Shown here one piece after another: positions 33,188 to 35,707 of a stretch of DNA of 35,707 nt. Numbering within the stretch: position 1 is the first letter of the stretch; each line of letters opens with the position of its first letter. The position numbers and the translations under genes were made by a program. The notes below the pieces were generated by a model, which was not told where the DNA came from, searched no databases, and saw nothing but the letters and a program-made list of their open reading frames with translations. This DNA is from a virus (taxonomy: Duplodnaviria; Caudoviricetes), in IMG/VR virus record IMGVR_UViG_3300038954_000192, positions 1-35,707 of that record; one strand, 5' to 3'.

Positions 33188-35707
33188 ATGGCAGGGAATG
33201 TAAATCTTATTGATCCTAATAACAGTAATATAAATAATAATATAACAAATGGTATTCCTCAATACCAAGATATGTATATATCTGTTGATTTAACTGCATA
33301 TAAAAGACAAAGAACAGTTCTTTCAACAAATATTAATACAGATATTACAAAAATAAAAGAAAAAGCATCACAGAAAGGTGAAACAATTAGTTTTCTTGGT
33401 CAAAATCAAGATCAAAATAATTCAGCACATTTTAATAAATTTACAACAAATTACTATGATCAAGAAACTGATACCGAAAAAACATATGAAGGTTTTGGTA
33501 TAAAAAATATTGATATAGTAGTAAACTCATCATATATACCTCAAATTGATATTGAATTTATTGATATTCGTGGTCTTGCATTTTTTAATAGAAAAGATTC
33601 ACCATATAGAATATTATTTGATTTTCCACCTCCAATATTTTATTTATCGTTTAAGGGTTATTATGGTAAAGGATTGACATATCAAATGCATTTAGTTAAA
33701 TATAATACTGAGTTTAAAGCAGAAACAGGTAATTATCATATAAAAGCACAATTTATTGCAATTACTTATGCACCTTTAACAGATATATTATATAGATATA
33801 TAATACAAGCACCACTTATGTTTCCAAATGAACCAACATTATCATCTGGAAAAAATGAACCACCTAAAAATACTTTTGATCTAATTCTTAAATTAGAAAA
33901 TTTATATTCTGAAATTCCTGATAAATTAAAATCTGATATTGATAATATTAAATATGAAAATGCTCAAAAAAAATTAGAATCATTTAATAATGTTTTTGAA
34001 ATATTATATGATTATAAAAATAGAGAAAATCTAAAGAAAAATAGTGGTGAACCAATTTTATTTACTAGAAATGAAGCACCTGATAGTCCAACAACTGGTA
34101 ATATAAATAGAATTGAATCATTTGTAACATATAATGAATTTTTAGAAACATTTCAAACTGTTGATATACCTAACAATATACAAAAAAAACTATTTATTGG
34201 GTATTTTATTGAAACAAATGATAATAATATTGATACAATTAATCAAAGAAATAATACTCTTAAGAAAAATTTAAATAATTATAAAAAAAATTTAATAACA
34301 TCTACAAAAAAATTAATTAGTGATATTTCTATCGATGATATTAAAGATGCTGAAGAAATTTTATCAGAAACTGGTGCTATAAGTGATGCAGATTATTTTG
34401 TAAAATATATTGGTATTGATATAACTAGATTTTATACTAAAATTTTTAAGAATAGATTATTATTAGAAGAAAAGAAAAGAAATACCATGAATGATTTGAA
34501 TCAAAAAATTAATAATATGATTCAAAACAGACTTGGTATGTTACCAACAATATATAATATTTTTGAAATTATTTTAAATGATGTTGATAATTTCTTTGAT
34601 AAATTAAGAAAAACATCAAAAGATGCTGAAGAACATCATAATAAAAATTCATTTAGAAGATTAATTGTTAATGATGGGACATATAAAGATATTAAAAATA
34701 ATAATGATGATAATCCTAAGATATATTCTTTCCCACTAATAATTAAACAAGAAAAAGTATGTAATCAAACTAAAGAAGTAAGAACAGCACCAATTGATAT
34801 AAGTGCAAGATTAGATCAACCATTTCCTGAATTAACTTTGATTCAAGAATTTATAGATTCATTTATTAAATATAATCGAATTTATAAACAAGCAACATTA
34901 AAAGAAGAAAAAACAGCACAAGGTGATTATAAATGGATGCCTTTTACACCTGCTGATAGTACATTAGTTAGTTCTAATATTAATAGTCCATATTATGGTA
35001 CAGATAGTTCAGCAGGTGGTGATATACAACAACCAGTTAATTTATTAGAAACTGATAAACTAACACAAATATTTGAAATACTATTAAAAAGATTTTATAT
35101 TTTATCTCAAAATACATTAGCATATTCATTTTATAATAATGGTAATAATATATATGAAACAGATAATAATAGTACTATTGAATATATTAAATTATTTGCA
35201 AAAGCAGAAGCAATTAATTTAGTCAATTCAATTACTAATGAACAATATGCTAAATTATTAAAAGAATTTGGACTTGAAAATAACAATATTGATAAATTAA
35301 ATAATCCATCAAATGGTTTTTACACGTATATTGAAGAATATTTAAATGAATTATATTCAGAAAGTAATGAATTCTATACTATTAGTAATGGATATGATAT
35401 GTATCGTGATAAAAAAAATGAATTATATCGTGGATTAAATATTCTTAATTCTGCTGATTTATCAGAAAGAGTTGGGGGTGGTGGTGAAAGTGATTTTGAT
35501 GAGTTTATTGATAACAATAAAACTACTTTTTGGGATAAACTTTTTAGGGGTCAAGAAGAAACACCTGAAGAAAATTTTGTTTTTTCAAAAGAAAACTTGA
35601 TTTTTAGAAAAGATTCTGCTTCATCTGATACTGATTTTCAATCAACAGGTAAAGATAGCTTAAAAACTAAATTTATTGCATCACCAGCAGTATATAAAAG
35701 AAATGCT
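33188..35707 (+). CDS. Large virion protein, probable baseplate hub-type; 3'-truncated (at least 840 aa, absent from the ORF track)
   Basis: Starts MAGNVNLIDPNN and appears open to the window end. FGIKNIDIVVNSSYIPQIDIEFIDIRG..FDFPPPIFYLSFKGYYGK..GNYHIKAQF is a hub-like beta pattern; late motif upstream. Confidence 0.7.
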   Translation, partial: MAGNVNLIDPNNSNINNNITNGIPQYQDMYISVDLTAYKRQRTVLSTNINTDITKIKEKASQKGETISFLGQNQDQNNSAHFNKFTTNYYDQETDTEKTYEGFGIKNIDIVVNSSYIPQIDIEFIDIRGLAFFNRKDSPYRILFDFPPPIFYLSFKGYYGKGLTYQMHLVKYNTEFKAETGNYHIKAQFIAITYAPLTDILYRYIIQAPLMFPNEPTLSSGKNEPPKNTFDLILKLENLYSEIPDKLKSDIDNIKYENAQKKLESFNNVFEILYDYKNRENLKKNSGEPILFTRNEAPDSPTTGNINRIESFVTYNEFLETFQTVDIPNNIQKKLFIGYFIETNDNNIDTINQRNNTLKKNLNNYKKNLITSTKKLISDISIDDIKDAEEILSETGAISDADYFVKYIGIDITRFYTKIFKNRLLLEEKKRNTMNDLNQKINNMIQNRLGMLPTIYNIFEIILNDVDNFFDKLRKTSKDAEEHHNKNSFRRLIVNDGTYKDIKNNNDDNPKIYSFPLIIKQEKVCNQTKEVRTAPIDISARLDQPFPELTLIQEFIDSFIKYNRIYKQATLKEEKTAQGDYKWMPFTPADSTLVSSNINSPYYGTDSSAGGDIQQPVNLLETDKLTQIFEILLKRFYILSQNTLAYSFYNNGNNIYETDNNSTIEYIKLFAKAEAINLVNSITNEQYAKLLKEFGLENNNIDKLNNPSNGFYTYIEEYLNELYSESNEFYTISNGYDMYRDKKNELYRGLNILNSADLSERVGGGGESDFDEFIDNNKTTFWDKLFRGQEETPEENFVFSKENLIFRKDSASSDTDFQSTGKDSLKTKFIASPAVYKRNA

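Noticed and set aside
1-35707. Alternative genetic code in use
   Set aside because: All core genes are full length under the standard code and coding density is already high.

Overview
A very AT-rich (roughly a quarter G+C or less, judged by eye), gene-dense segment of a large T4-like contractile-tailed (myovirus) phage genome, most likely infecting a Bacteroidota host (TAnnTTTG promoters, no Shine-Dalgarno sites, Bacteroidota-type lipoprotein). It holds the core virion module, split over both strands: prohead protease (gp21), scaffold, major capsid (gp23), neck proteins (gp13/gp14-like), tail terminator (gp15-like), tail sheath (gp18), tail tube (gp19), a gp5-like spike and a probable baseplate hub running off the right end. 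It also holds a phage sigma factor, a nucleotide/DNA metabolism block (KTSC, dUTPase, ThyA, MmcB-like nuclease, intein-containing UvrD-like helicase, PD-(D/E)XK nuclease) and accessory inserts. The most notable observations are: (1) two Zn-finger + Vsr/DUF559-like nuclease + Mom-like GNAT fusion genes inserted beside the sheath and capsid genes; (2) a free-standing ~90-aa copy of the tail-sheath C-terminal domain inside the metabolic operon; (3) a late-promoter motif (G/C)TATTTAT that is the reverse complement of the T4 late promoter, together with a sigma factor carrying a ~50-aa region-2 insertion; (4) an ECF-type promoter shared by a lipoprotein cassette and one nuclease gene; (5) a recurrent [ST]-[GA]-x-T motif in virion proteins. 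All family calls come from motif recognition by eye; no database search was run.
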